From Azolla caroliniana (taxonomy: Eukaryota > Plantae > Polypodiophyta), in contig JBHGNT010000014.1 of NCBI GenBank assembly GCA_043228905.1, positions 14,942,001 through 15,006,000 of the forward strand: a stretch of 64,000 nt of DNA. Direction: 5' to 3'. The position numbers were made by a program, and so were the translations under genes. This document shows positions 25,881-37,351 of this stretch, piece by piece (within the stretch, counting starts at the first letter, position 1; each line of letters starts with the position of its first letter). The notes beneath the pieces were generated by a model, which was not told where the DNA came from, made no database searches, and was given only the letters and a program-made list of their open reading frames with translations.

Positions 25881-26332
25881 TGTAAAGAATCGGATATGAT
25901 TCTGTGCAATGGAAGAGATGTGTGTTATGTGTGTGAAAGAGGAGAGGAGAGGAGAGAGACACAAGATAGATAAGAGAAAATGAAGTACTCAAGCATATGT
26001 ATATTAACAAGGAGAATATGATGTACAAAATTGTGGCATTACAAGGGAGGACAACCAACACTTTATGAAGTAGGAGGAGGGTGCTTTATATAAGTTCACC
26101 CTCTCTATTCTTCAACTCACTACAACGCCCACTTTCTCTCTAGAACCTTGGGGAATGTGAAGACTCATTAGTCATGGGGAATATGGAACTCATTAGTTAT
26201 GTGTCATAGAATATGATACTATGACACATAGCTAATATGTAGAGAGTAGTGGTGACTTTTGACCTTTGAGTGCTCATAGATTCTCAAAGGGTGTGTTCAC
26301 ACACTAGACTAGGTTAAGCTTGATTCTCAACA
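25881..26332 (-). repeat. 5' LTR of Copia A
   Basis: Adjacent to the PBS; matches 3954-4437. Confidence 0.95.
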
Positions 26333-28090
26333 CCTAGTTTTAGATGGGCTTTTATGGAACATAAGAAGTTGGCTATTGCCATAAACTGGTAAGAAAAATT
26401 TGCTTGATCTGTTCTTAATGCATGGAAAGATGTTTCTCTTGATTTAGTTAAAAGATTGCCAAAAACAGAATCTAAATTCTGTATACAACTCCCGATTTGG
26501 AATTCATGGTTGATTGACTAGAGAGGACAGATGTTGGGAAGGCGTACTAGATGTGCATGGGTAGAATTAGTCGTGGCCTAGCACAATCTATAAGTGCATG
26601 GACACCATTTCTGTCTAAACATATAGATCAACGAATGTTACTAATTCGTAATATAAGGGGTGGGAAGATAATGTATTCTACGATACAAAATGTTCTTTCT
26701 AATATTCAGATGCAAATTGGATCTGCTACACAAAAGTGGATGGGTTTATTTATTTCATTGGATGTTTTAATTGGAGTTAAAGCCTATATTGGGGAACAAG
26801 AGTGTATGATTTTTTATGTACAGGATGATGGTAGGTTAATTTTTACACCTAAGGAAAATAATTTGTTTAGGTTTTGTTTGCATAAAGAAGTGAGGGTGAT
26901 TGCAAATGATGGATCAAATTGGGTCTTAGACCCGGATCCTCAAAAGGTGAATTCTTTTTGGAGAATTTGGATTATGGAAAGGAGACCAATATCTAGATTA
27001 ACTTGGGATCCTAGAGAATTGTATTGGAAGGTGTGGGTGCAAGATCACATAAAATATGTGCCTTTCTTTCAATATTCTTTGAAGATTGGTAGGGAAATAT
27101 TAAGTGTTAGATCATGGAAAGAACCAATAGCAAATGCTTTTTAGAGACGATATGAACTTTCTCCACAATCTCAAACAATTTTAGAAATGGCATTGGAAAT
27201 GGAAATGGGGTATAAAAATGAGTAGGAAAATTGTTTGTTTTCGCTGGTTATTGGTTCATAAAGCTATACCAATTAATGGGTGGAGAAAAGGAAATGTAGA
27301 CAAGATGTGCCCTTCCTGTACGGATTTAATAGAGACTACTAAACATTGTTTGTGGAGTTGTGGTTTTGCTATGGACATATGGAAACGAATCATAAAATTA
27401 TTAACTCAAGTATATCCTAGAGCAGTGTATACATGGGGAGCAGTATTACGGGCAGTGGTACATGATAAACTTATGGTATATGAATAGTCGGAGGTTATAC
27501 AAACTGATAAACCTCAAATATGGCAATTGATAAGTAGTATTACAATTTGGTACATTAGGAAGGCTTGATGTTTGAAGGTATTTCAAAATGTGATTGAAAG
27601 ACTTGTCCAAATAATTTTGGGAATTTGGACAACGATTATACATAATCGCAGAGGTTTGTTGGATAGTATAAATGGTAATACACACCAAGCGGAGCTTAAG
27701 CGTTTGGAGTTTCATGCCATCTAGAACATAGGTACATTTTATTGACGGCTTAGGTATATTTTATTTTATTGAAAGACTTGTCCAAATAATTTTGGGAATT
27801 TGGACAACAATTATACATAATCGCAGAGGTTTGTTGGATAGTATAAATGGTAATACACACCAAGCGGAGTTTAAGCGTTTGGAGTTTCATGCCATCTAGA
27901 ACATAGGTATATTTTATTGACGGCTTTCTGATAAGGTGGACTGGTTTTACTCAGCACCAAAGTATTTATTTAAGGCAATGGTTAGAATTTAAAAAAATAA
28001 AGGGGATTTGTGGTATATCTTGTATGTATGTATAGCATTATGACGTTTTCTAATACTAATGTAGTATCCATTTTTGGAAAATAAAATAAA
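26333..28090 (+). mobile_element. L1-type LINE ORF2 3' half with zf-RVT and A-rich tail
   Basis: Continues 3495-3953 across the TSD. ORF 27218-27487 reads KIVCFRWLLVHKAIP...CPSCTDLIETTKHCLWSC (zf-RVT). A-rich end AAAATAAAATAAAA at about 28078-28091. Confidence 0.8.
27593..27926. repeat. About 159-bp tandem duplication with a short templated spacer
   Basis: 27593-27751 repeats at 27768-27926; the spacer AGGTATATTTTATT copies the unit's 3' part. Confidence 0.85.
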
Positions 28091-29770
28091 ATGCGCATGA
28101 TGCCTTGCCAACCTACAATCCATAATTCCTTTTCTATCAACCTCTATGAAATCTCTAACAAGGAGAACTGACATACCAAATCTAATTGTACCATAATCAA
28201 ATTTGGAGAATTTGTAGAATATCCCATCCTAATATAAAACTATATTGTACTTTGTGAATAATTGTGGGCAAACATATATGTGACCTATTAGCAATGACCT
28301 TGGTAAATAACTTGTATACTTCCACCATTAAGCACATAAGTCTGCATTGAGTAAAATAACCGCTTCACTGGAATGCCACCGTCTCATTGACAACAAGAAT
28401 AGTCACATTAGTTTCCCATTCTTAAGCATGGATTATTATACAATAATCAAGGCATGAGTTTGATGAGTTGGCCATTTACTCCACGGACCTTCGACGACAA
28501 CTTTATCAAAACTATCTTCTATGATTGTGGCATGTGTCTTGAATTCCAAACTTGGTGAAACATAACTATGATCCCTTCAACTCTTGTATGGATGACCCTA
28601 CCTTCTTTGTGGTCCTTATGCTCCACTACACGTAATTTATCCCATTGATTTTAGAACAAAGTACACCATAACTCATTCATTGTTTCCTTTCGGCTTTGAT
28701 CTATCTATTTATGATAGCACTTGACCTTAGTCATCATCTTCTTAAGGCTAAACCTAATGGAAGCCCACCAATTATGACTCTTTGTATAAATACCTTTGCA
28801 AGATATGGCAAATAGGAATGCCAACCATGTTGAAATTATTTACCACCACCTTGCATTTGACTTATGTACATTCTACACCTTTTTTACTTTAGGTGATAGC
28901 CAAGATAATAATGACATTGCATGATGATACAATATATTTGTCGTGATATGTAACAAGTGTGTACCATCCTTTAACTGCCAATCCGCTCAAAGCGTGCCAT
29001 TTGTATTCATTGCAAAGATCCATGCAACAATGATATATCTTTTAATTTCTCCCAAATAAATCCATAATTTGGGAGAACACATTACCATCATTTAGCAAGC
29101 ATGCACCTGGAATCACTTCAAACTCTAGGAGATTCAACGAGCCAAGGCCAAAGGCTTTGACATAAGACACGTTTTTTTTTCTTTTCAAGCTTCCAACCCA
29201 TGTTTGACTGGGAGAGCACACGTGGCCATTTTTTATAAAAGCTGCTTGCTGTTTTCAAAAGGCATTCCAGTCGGTGGTTCATGCTGCCCGCAGAGTGTTA
29301 GAACCTAATGGCCGAAAAAGCAATTTTCAACATGTTGAAGAAGTGGTTCGAGCAGCATCGCTGCTTGATTGGCGGAACCTTGGCAAGTTTCTATAATCCA
29401 AAAAGAGAGACTTTGAGGTCAATCTCACGTGGATTTCAAGTGCTACACCAATATACAATTTATTAGCCTCGAAATTAAAACTCAACTGTATAAGCATTCA
29501 ACAATCACAATGATGGAATGCGCATATACATATTCAAGAATCACAATGATGGAATGAACATATAGGCATATAGGCATATAGGCATATAGGCAAACAAACA
29601 TCTCATTGCAATGAAACCATCTCCCATAGGTTTTTTCCATCAAAGTCATATTGGCATATGTTTTATACACAAATTTCCGCAAAATTACAATCACCAAAGA
29701 TGTATGCATCTGCGTGAGTCTTTGTTTTGTACTTTGAAACTGAGTACTGCAAGGGTGGATTGCTAATTCT

Positions 29771-32700
29771 TTATATTTTCATAGAATAACACGAAGCATC
29801 TTCACCCTGCAAACTCTTTTCTCCCTTCTTCCATGGAGAGTATTTTAACCTCATCGCGTCAACCTTTTCAGCATCCTCTTGCAAGCCAGCAGATATAAAA
29901 ATATCAATCATAAGGACATAGGCTGAAGCACAACCATCATCTAGTATCAATATTTGATCAAAAACCAATCTTGAAAGCTTCACATTTCCCCATTTTTTAC
30001 AAGACGCTAATAATGCAAGCCAAACAGGAGGATAATCACGAGACGGCATCCCGTTAATCATTGACATTGCCTTCTCCAAATGTCCTGAATATCCGAAAAC
30101 CACTACCATGCAAGTATGGTGCTCTTCGTTTGGAATAATACCATATTTTTTTGTCATACTCTCAAAAAGCATTTGGGACACGTCTACGAGCCCTGAATGA
30201 CAACATGCATTGAGAACAGATAACATTGTGACTTCATCTGGAGAAACACCCTCACTCTGCATTTGCTCAAAACAAGTCACTGATTCATGACCTTGCCCTT
30301 GTTGGGCATATCCCGCAATCAATGCATTCCAAGCTATAACATCTCGAATAGGAAGCTCCTCGAGCACATTCCATGCCTTCACAAGAACACCACATTTTGC
30401 ATACATATCCACCAATGCAATACCAAGCACAATATCCTGCTCAAGCAAACCACTATTCACAATTTCATTATGAATTTGCTTGCCCGTCTCTAAAGACCCT
30501 AAGCTGCCACAAACCTTCGCAATACAAATGAAGGTTATTGCATCTGGAGAAATGCCACAATTTTGCATTTCTTCAAAGCAATGCATCGCTTCATGACATC
30601 GCCCTTGATCAGCATATCCTGCCATTAGAGTATTCCAAGATATTGTGTCTTGAATGACAAGCTCTTTAAGTACTTCCTCTGCCTTTGTAAACTCACCACA
30701 TTTGGCATACATGTCCATCACAGCATTCCCCAGTGTAGGGATATTTTCTAGCAACCCCTTATTCACTATCTCCTCATGAATTTGTTTACCCTTTTCTATA
30801 GCATTGATGCCGCCACATGCCTTTAATAGGCAAATGTATGTCACAGGAGCTGGAGAGAGGCCTTCATTCTCCATTTGTTTAAAACATTTCAATGCATCAT
30901 GGCATTGTCCCCATTGCACAAACCCAGCTATAAGTGCATTCCAAGATACCACATCTCGAACAAGGAGCTCATCAAGTACCTTTTGTGATTTTTCAAAAGC
31001 ACCACATTTGGCATACATATCAACCAAAGCATTACCAAGCACAATGTTATGCTGAAGCAAACCCATACTCACAACATTGTCATGAATTTGTTTGCCCTTG
31101 TCTATAGCTTGTGCTCTTCCACAAGCCTTCATGATGCAAATAAAAGTGATTGCATCTGGAGAGATATCTTCACTTTGCATCTGCTGAATGCACTTGAATG
31201 CTTCATGGCATTGCCCCTGCTGAGCATATGCTGCAATTAATGCATTCCATGAGGCTACGTCATGAAGAGGAATCTCTTCAAGAACTTGGTGTGCCTTCGC
31301 AAGCATATGACATTGGGCATACATATCCACCAACGCATTTCCAAGCACAATATGCTTTTCTAGCAAGCCTCTGCTTAATATATCTACATGAATTTGTTTA
31401 CCCTCATCTATAGCCCTTATGCTTCCACATGCATTCAAAAGACAAACAAAGGTTATGACACTAGGGTAGATCCCCTCGTGTTGCATCTTTCTAAAACAAT
31501 CCAGTGATTCATGAAATTGCCCTTGTTGGGAGTATCCCGTTATAAGTGCATTCCATGAGACTTCATCTCGAGTAGGGAGACCTTCAAGCACCTCTTTTGC
31601 TCTTTCAAACATACCAAATTTGGCATACATATCTACCAAAGAATTTCCAAGCACAATATCTTTGTCCAATAAGCCAGTACTCAGAATCTTATCATGAATT
31701 TGCTTACCCTTGTCTATAGCTCCTCTACTGCCACATGCTTTCAAGATGGCGATGAAGGTGACAGAGTCCGGAGACAAGCCCTCACGTTGCATCCGTTTCA
31801 AGCAATGCCATGCTTCATTGCAGTGTCCATGTTGGGCATATCCAGAAATTAGAGCATTCCAACATACCACATCTCGAATAGGAAGCCTTTCAAGTACTTG
31901 CTGTGCTTTCGCAAGCGCATGACATTTCACATACATATCAACCAAAGCAGCACCCAACATAATATTCTTCTCCATAAACTCTCTACACAGAGCTTTGCTG
32001 TGAATTTGTTTACCTTTTTCTATATATTGTTTGCTGCCACATGCCTTCAACATGCAAATGAAGGTGACTTCATCTGGATAAATGCCCTCATTTTGCATCC
32101 GTTCAAAACAATCCAACGCTTCATGAGCTTCTCCTTGTTGGGCATATGCTACAATAAGTATTGACCAAGAAACTACATCTTGTAAAGGAAGCTCTTTGAG
32201 CACCTTTTGAGCTTTATCAATCATTCCACAGTTGACATACATGCCTATCAAAGCATTTCCAAGCATAAAATCATTCTCTAGCAGACCGCTACTCACAACA
32301 TTATTATGAATTTGTCCACCCTTACATAGAGCTACAGTTTTACCACATGCTTTCAAAATGCAAGTGTAAGTTATTGCATTTGGAAAAAGTCCTTCACTCT
32401 GCATTTGATGAAAACAATAAAAAGCTTCATCGAATTGCCCTTGTTGGGCATATCCTGTTATCATTGCATTCCAACAGAATATACTTCGAACCAAAAGCTC
32501 TTCAAGCACTTTTCGTGCATTTTTAAGCATCTCACATTTTGCATACATATGGATCACAGAACCACCTAAGTAAGGGTTCTTTTCAAGGATCCCTCTCTTT
32601 AGAATCTTGTCATGTAGTAAAATGCCCTTATCAAGATCCTTATCCTTAGCACAAACTCTAAGTAATCCCACAAAAGAAGCAGCATCTTTCTCGCTCCATT

Positions 32701-32782
32701 TGTTAATCTTTATGTTTTGCTTTTCTCTTCTCTCTCCATGAGGAATTGATTCTACCATTGTTCTGCTCCTTGTGCTCTTCAT
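29771..32782 (-). CDS. PLS-class pentatricopeptide repeat protein with E domain and no DYW domain (putative organellar RNA-editing specificity factor)
   Basis: Intronless 1003-aa ORF with about 8 units of ~101 aa (GKQIH...GNALVDMYAKCG...DVVSWNALIAGYAQQG...EGLSPDxxTFICILKACG). It ends in ACCHSGLV...WLALLASCKKWGNV...SAYVLM (E1/E2) with no HxE/CxxC deaminase. The N-terminus is uncertain. Confidence 0.95.
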   Translation of the reverse strand: MKSTRSRTMVESIPHGERREKQNIKINKWSEKDAASFVGLLRVCAKDKDLDKGILLHDKILKRGILEKNPYLGGSVIHMYAKCEMLKNARKVLEELLVRSIFCWNAMITGYAQQGQFDEAFYCFHQMQSEGLFPNAITYTCILKACGKTVALCKGGQIHNNVVSSGLLENDFMLGNALIGMYVNCGMIDKAQKVLKELPLQDVVSWSILIVAYAQQGEAHEALDCFERMQNEGIYPDEVTFICMLKACGSKQYIEKGKQIHSKALCREFMEKNIMLGAALVDMYVKCHALAKAQQVLERLPIRDVVCWNALISGYAQHGHCNEAWHCLKRMQREGLSPDSVTFIAILKACGSRGAIDKGKQIHDKILSTGLLDKDIVLGNSLVDMYAKFGMFERAKEVLEGLPTRDEVSWNALITGYSQQGQFHESLDCFRKMQHEGIYPSVITFVCLLNACGSIRAIDEGKQIHVDILSRGLLEKHIVLGNALVDMYAQCHMLAKAHQVLEEIPLHDVASWNALIAAYAQQGQCHEAFKCIQQMQSEDISPDAITFICIMKACGRAQAIDKGKQIHDNVVSMGLLQHNIVLGNALVDMYAKCGAFEKSQKVLDELLVRDVVSWNALIAGFVQWGQCHDALKCFKQMENEGLSPAPVTYICLLKACGGINAIEKGKQIHEEIVNKGLLENIPTLGNAVMDMYAKCGEFTKAEEVLKELVIQDTISWNTLMAGYADQGRCHEAMHCFEEMQNCGISPDAITFICIAKVCGSLGSLETGKQIHNEIVNSGLLEQDIVLGIALVDMYAKCGVLVKAWNVLEELPIRDVIAWNALIAGYAQQGQGHESVTCFEQMQSEGVSPDEVTMLSVLNACCHSGLVDVSQMLFESMTKKYGIIPNEEHHTCMVVVFGYSGHLEKAMSMINGMPSRDYPPVWLALLASCKKWGNVKLSRLVFDQILILDDGCASAYVLMIDIFISAGLQEDAEKVDAMRLKYSPWKKGEKSLQGEDASCYSMKI

Positions 32783-35543
32783 GCCATGTGCTATTCACCA
32801 ATGTACTAAGACATGTGCATTATACCTTGTATGGAACATGAAACGACATCCACCTCTCTTTCTCTCCCTCGTGTTTCTCGAAAAGGGCAAATCCTTTTTG
32901 CAAAAAAAACCAGAAATTTGCCATTGAAGAAGCTGCAGAAGTACCTTGATTCTGATGGCAGGCAGTAATGAGGAGTTGAAATCTTGCATTTCACAGACCC
33001 ATTGGAATCCATCCTTACACGCGGATCTTCTTCCTCACCATGGAATATTTTTCTAGCAGCCTTGAAATCACATAACAGAGCAAGAAGCTGTTCAAATTCA
33101 ATGCAAAATCTTAGACGAAAAATATTGTGAGCAAGACTGAAAGTCCAAAACCTTTGGTTGGGTTCAAAGATTTTGGTATGCAAATGGACTCTTCTTCTGT
33201 GGTCAGCCGGACATTTCGTTTGGTCAGTTTCAGACTCGTGTGCTCGCGTTTGATTAGACTACGAGAAAGTGAATGAATACAGAAACACCAACATGAGCTT
33301 TAGCAATGTTATTAATTAGTTCCATAATAAGAACCGTCTTCCCCACTCTAGCTCCTACTTCCCCCGAATAGATTCGTAGTTGGGCCGAAAGAAGGTTACT
33401 TAACACAGAGATCGTTGGTCAAGTTGATTAACCTTATACGTTGCATCATAAGACTCCATGTGAAATCTGCCAAGTTACATGTGCCAATAATAAACTATAT
33501 CAAGCAACATCTCAATGTTTCACCTCATAATCACCCCTTAACCCTAACCACCAACGAAAGTGTATTTTTCTATTCGCTTTTTTACGTCAAAGCAATCGAA
33601 AGTAGGTCACAACATATTTCTTGAGAATGTCATGTGTTAGGTTAAGGAAAAACGAAACTATACCTAATATACATTGGCATGGTGTTGGTGTTCATTCTGT
33701 TTGGGACATGGCTAGGGGAGACCTGGACACAAAAGTTGTGCAATTCATAGCAACCATATATTTTGTGTACTCATGATAAAATTCATCCCCAACAAAGGAG
33801 ACGTAATTGTGGATGCACCTCGTTGTTGTCAACGTGTAAAGTGCAACAATATAGTTTAGTTGCACAATATTTTTGTTCCTTTGCGTCTTTTGAATAGACA
33901 TACTCGTGTTCATGAGTAAACTTTCATAGATTTGACTAATACATAGTGTGGATGAATGTCGAACCTTTCTTGAGACAGTGTATCAATTACAACTATTATG
34001 GATCAAATTGATGATGAGCAAAAGCAAAAGCGATTAAAGAGAATAATGGATTAAGGCTACTTAACCACACCGAACACCTGCGAGCAATGGACATGAAACA
34101 AACATACTATCATCATTGACTTATGCCACAGAATATTAACTTATATTATACCTTAGTTGTTGAATAATGATTATGGAGAAGAAACGTTAACATCGCCCGC
34201 AAGGTCTCGATAACATCTCGAGAAAAAGGGGGTATTTTGTAGCTAGTCCCCACCAAAGTCTCGATAACTTCAAGTAAAAATGGCGAAACACACTGATGGT
34301 GACACAAAGAGGAAACGACCCGAGGTGGAACTACCATCCCCCACACTGATTGTTTCCTACTCACCTCCCACCCCCCCTTTGTTGTAGGCCATGGGATTCA
34401 ACTCATACTGGCCAGTGATGAAGGGCACTAGTTTATAGGTATAGGTACCTACTTACATTAAGTAATCAGTTTGAAATGATATGTACATAGTCTCATATTT
34501 TTTAACTCCGTCAAAGTGTGATTCCTCGATTTATGCATAAACCACCTTGTATAGTCTTTCTGTAATAATCTCTCGTAACTAATGGGAAAGTAGCTTCTTT
34601 TTGGGGGGAAAAAACTCAATACTAAAGGCCTCCAAACCACCACGTGACATAGATCATTGTGAGTTTGTCCTAGTTCCTAGATTTATTGGTTTCCAGTTAT
34701 CCAACCCTTAATCCACTCAAATTTAGTTATAAAATTGGTTCATAAGGTTATGCTTGCAATAAAGGAAAATATTAACACGGAGGTTAGATCCCAATTGATT
34801 TTGTGATTTGTATAAAAAGATCCACCATTAATATAACTGTGTCGAGAGAAATGCATGAAAATAGTCAAACAAGACAAGCAAGATTCTTCGAGAGTAGACT
34901 CTCGTGAGTCGTTAGCTTCAGCAAAATATTACAATGCTTTCATTGACTAGTCACCCTAACAATATATACTCACAAGACATTTCATGTTAAAGTACGAGAT
35001 GAAGAGCATCATGTTACATAATACTATGATGTTTACGCAACCAAATAAATTTAGATGTTCTTGTGGGGGATTCATTAAACCCAAGCGAGTGGATTTTAGT
35101 TTAATGTCCATAGAAAAAAAAAACCACCATGTTTTTTTTGTTTGAGGTCATTGACACTTGGACTTCATAAACATTGTTTGCATATAGACATGGCTTTATT
35201 TTCTAGTACACAAAGGTTGACCAACATAAACTTGTCACCATGGTAACACAAATGAGGGGATGTGGTAAATTGTATCCTTCTAATGTTTTGGTGAATAAAT
35301 CTTTCTTGTGGTCTCAAATAGAAGAGCCCGCGTGCGACCAAACTCCATCATTGTCAACCAAAGGAGATATAAGTACACCGATTGGGTCCATGGTGTGACA
35401 TACTAAGTATCTAGGTAGAGAAAGGCTTTTGTTCATTGATAGCATTGTTTTGATAATGAAGAAAATATTCACTTGTGTGAGAGGTGTGGGCTTGTTTATT
35501 ATTAGATCATGAGAAATTCCAATGTAAGGAGGGCTAATATTTT

Positions 35544-35688
35544 ATTTTATTTTTTAAAGAAAGATACACCTTAATATATTACTTGAGGAATGTACATAGA
35601 GAAAACAGAAGGGGACATTTCATGTCACTTCTATTGTGATACAAAGGCTAGTACCAACATATGATCAAACAAATGATATCATATTAGT
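35544..35688 (-). mobile_element. Short retroposed insertion (5'-truncated LINE or SINE)
   Basis: Flanked by the 22-bp direct repeat ATGTAAGGAGGGCTAATATTTT (35522-35543, 35689-35710), with a T-rich tract (poly-A on the minus strand) at the left end. Confidence 0.6.
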
Positions 35689-36064
35689 ATGTAAGGAGGG
35701 CTAATATTTTGTCCTTTGGAAATAAAGTTAATGTCTTATTTGGGATCATCAATCCAACGACATAAAGAAGTGGCAAACACTCTTAGACAAAATACAAGTG
35801 GAAGGATGCTTGTGGAAGGCGCAACATTACAAAAGAATCAATCACGAGTTTGAATTGCATCCTTACTAAAGAATCAATCACGAGTATGTAAGGAGGGCTA
35901 ATATTTTGTCCTTTGGAAATAAAGTTAATGTCTTATTTGGGATCATCAATCCAACGACATAAAGAAGTGGCAAACACTCTTAGACAAAATACAAGTGGAA
36001 GGATGCTTGTGGAAGGCGCAACATTACAAAAGAATCAATCACGAGTTTGAATTGCATCCTTACT
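35686..36064. repeat. 182-bp tandem duplication with a 15-bp templated filler
   Basis: 35686-35867 matches 35883-36064; the filler AAAGAATCAATCACG copies about 35832-35846. Confidence 0.9.
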
Positions 36065-36794
36065 TCATGAAGAGCTTGTTGAGACAAGATGACAATTGAA
36101 GTTGTGGCGCAATTCAAATGAATGGACAATATAATAAAAGATGGTCAACTTGCAAGGTTTTTAGACTAATCATTGTCCTCGTGTAATTAGCGAAAAAGCA
36201 ATTTGAGTGACCGAGATTAGGAGCACATATCATATTGAATGCCATCTCAAGATGTACCTTTGTGCAATGTTTTGTTCTCTCCCTCACTCACTCACTCACT
36301 CACTCACTCAGTGTGTGTGTGTGTGTGTGTGTGTGTGATTCTATTTGTATTGATGTGTGTCATATCATCGTAGGTTGCACATCAACAACTTTCTTAATTG
36401 GAGATCCTTTTGATAACTACATCTTTGGACCTTGATCCGATCATATATTTGAGGAAAACCATTTGGTTCATTCTCCTTACCAACTTCTCCATGTATTGTT
36501 TTTTCTATGTGTACCAATGTTAATATAATTGCAGGTCCATGGGAGAATCACACATAGTGCCTCAACTTCTCGATAGACAACTTCTTAGAGAGCTTGGGTG
36601 GTTGGGGGTACGTAGACATACAACCGAAGTTCAAAGATACCGATCGGAATGTTTGCATTGCATCGTGATGAGGAATCGGGGTAAAGTATAGAGGTACAAA
36701 AACGCACGGTTTGCGATGCACATCAAAGAGGGTCTAGGGATATCGATGCACTAGGATAGTGATGGTGTGTGTCAAGGAGGGGTCAAACGATCCC

Positions 36795-37228
36795 GATTGA
36801 TCGATCAAGAGATCATATGGAGAGATTACATATGTATTGAGACAAGGCCAAATTGCTATTGATTATGTGAAGGAGGGGTTAGAGTATCCCGATTGATTGA
36901 TCAATCGATCATATGGAGAGATTACATATTGGATTGATCGAGAGGTCGATCATATGGAGAGATTACATATTCTTGATCGATCATATGGAGAGATTACATA
37001 TTGGATCGATCAAGAGATCATATAGAGACATTACATATTGGATCGATTAAGAGATCATATGGAGAGATTACATATTGGATCGATTAAGAGATCATATGGA
37101 GAGATTACATATTGGATCGATTATGTGGAGACATTACAGATTGGATCGATTATGTGGAGACATTACAGATTGGATCGATTATGTGGAGACATTACAGATT
37201 GGATCGATCAGAGATAATGTGGAGAGAG
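36795..37228. repeat. Minisatellite array (~36-bp units changing to 29-bp units) upstream of the RsmD gene
   Basis: Repeated GATCATATGGAGAGATTACATATTGGATCGAT(C/T)AAGA, then GGATCGATTATGTGGAGACATTACAGATT x3. Confidence 0.9.
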
Positions 37229-37351
37229 AGGACCAAATTTGCGATGGCATTATGTACATATGTACATATATATGCTAAGGTACACATCACCAAAGCATCC
37301 ACAGAGAAAGAGTAGTCTGAGCCTCCTCCTGTATAGCAAACAAAAGAAAGA

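Larger units (their letters stand above)
3954..26332 (-). mobile_element. Ty1/Copia LTR retrotransposon A (degenerate, host of nested insertions)
   Basis: LTRs 3954-4437 and 25881-26332 with TG...CA ends; perfect TSD CCTAG (3949-3953, 26333-26337); tRNA-iMet PBS TGGTATCAGAGCGA (25867-25880, -); PPT at 4438-4449. Minus-strand fragments in Copia order: gag (EKLDRNNFASWEYKMHQYL), protease (WFVDSDASNHM), integrase (TPQQNGVVERKNRH), RT (LYVDDL), RNase H (KHIEVQY). Confidence 0.95.

Noticed and set aside
34370-34445. Possible tRNA-derived SINE (B-box-like GAGTTGAATCCC on the minus strand)
   Set aside because: No clear A-box, tail or TSD.
36795-37228. CRISPR-like array of ~30-37-bp repeats
   Set aside because: The units are contiguous with no unique spacers, there are no cas genes and the context is eukaryotic. 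It is a minisatellite.
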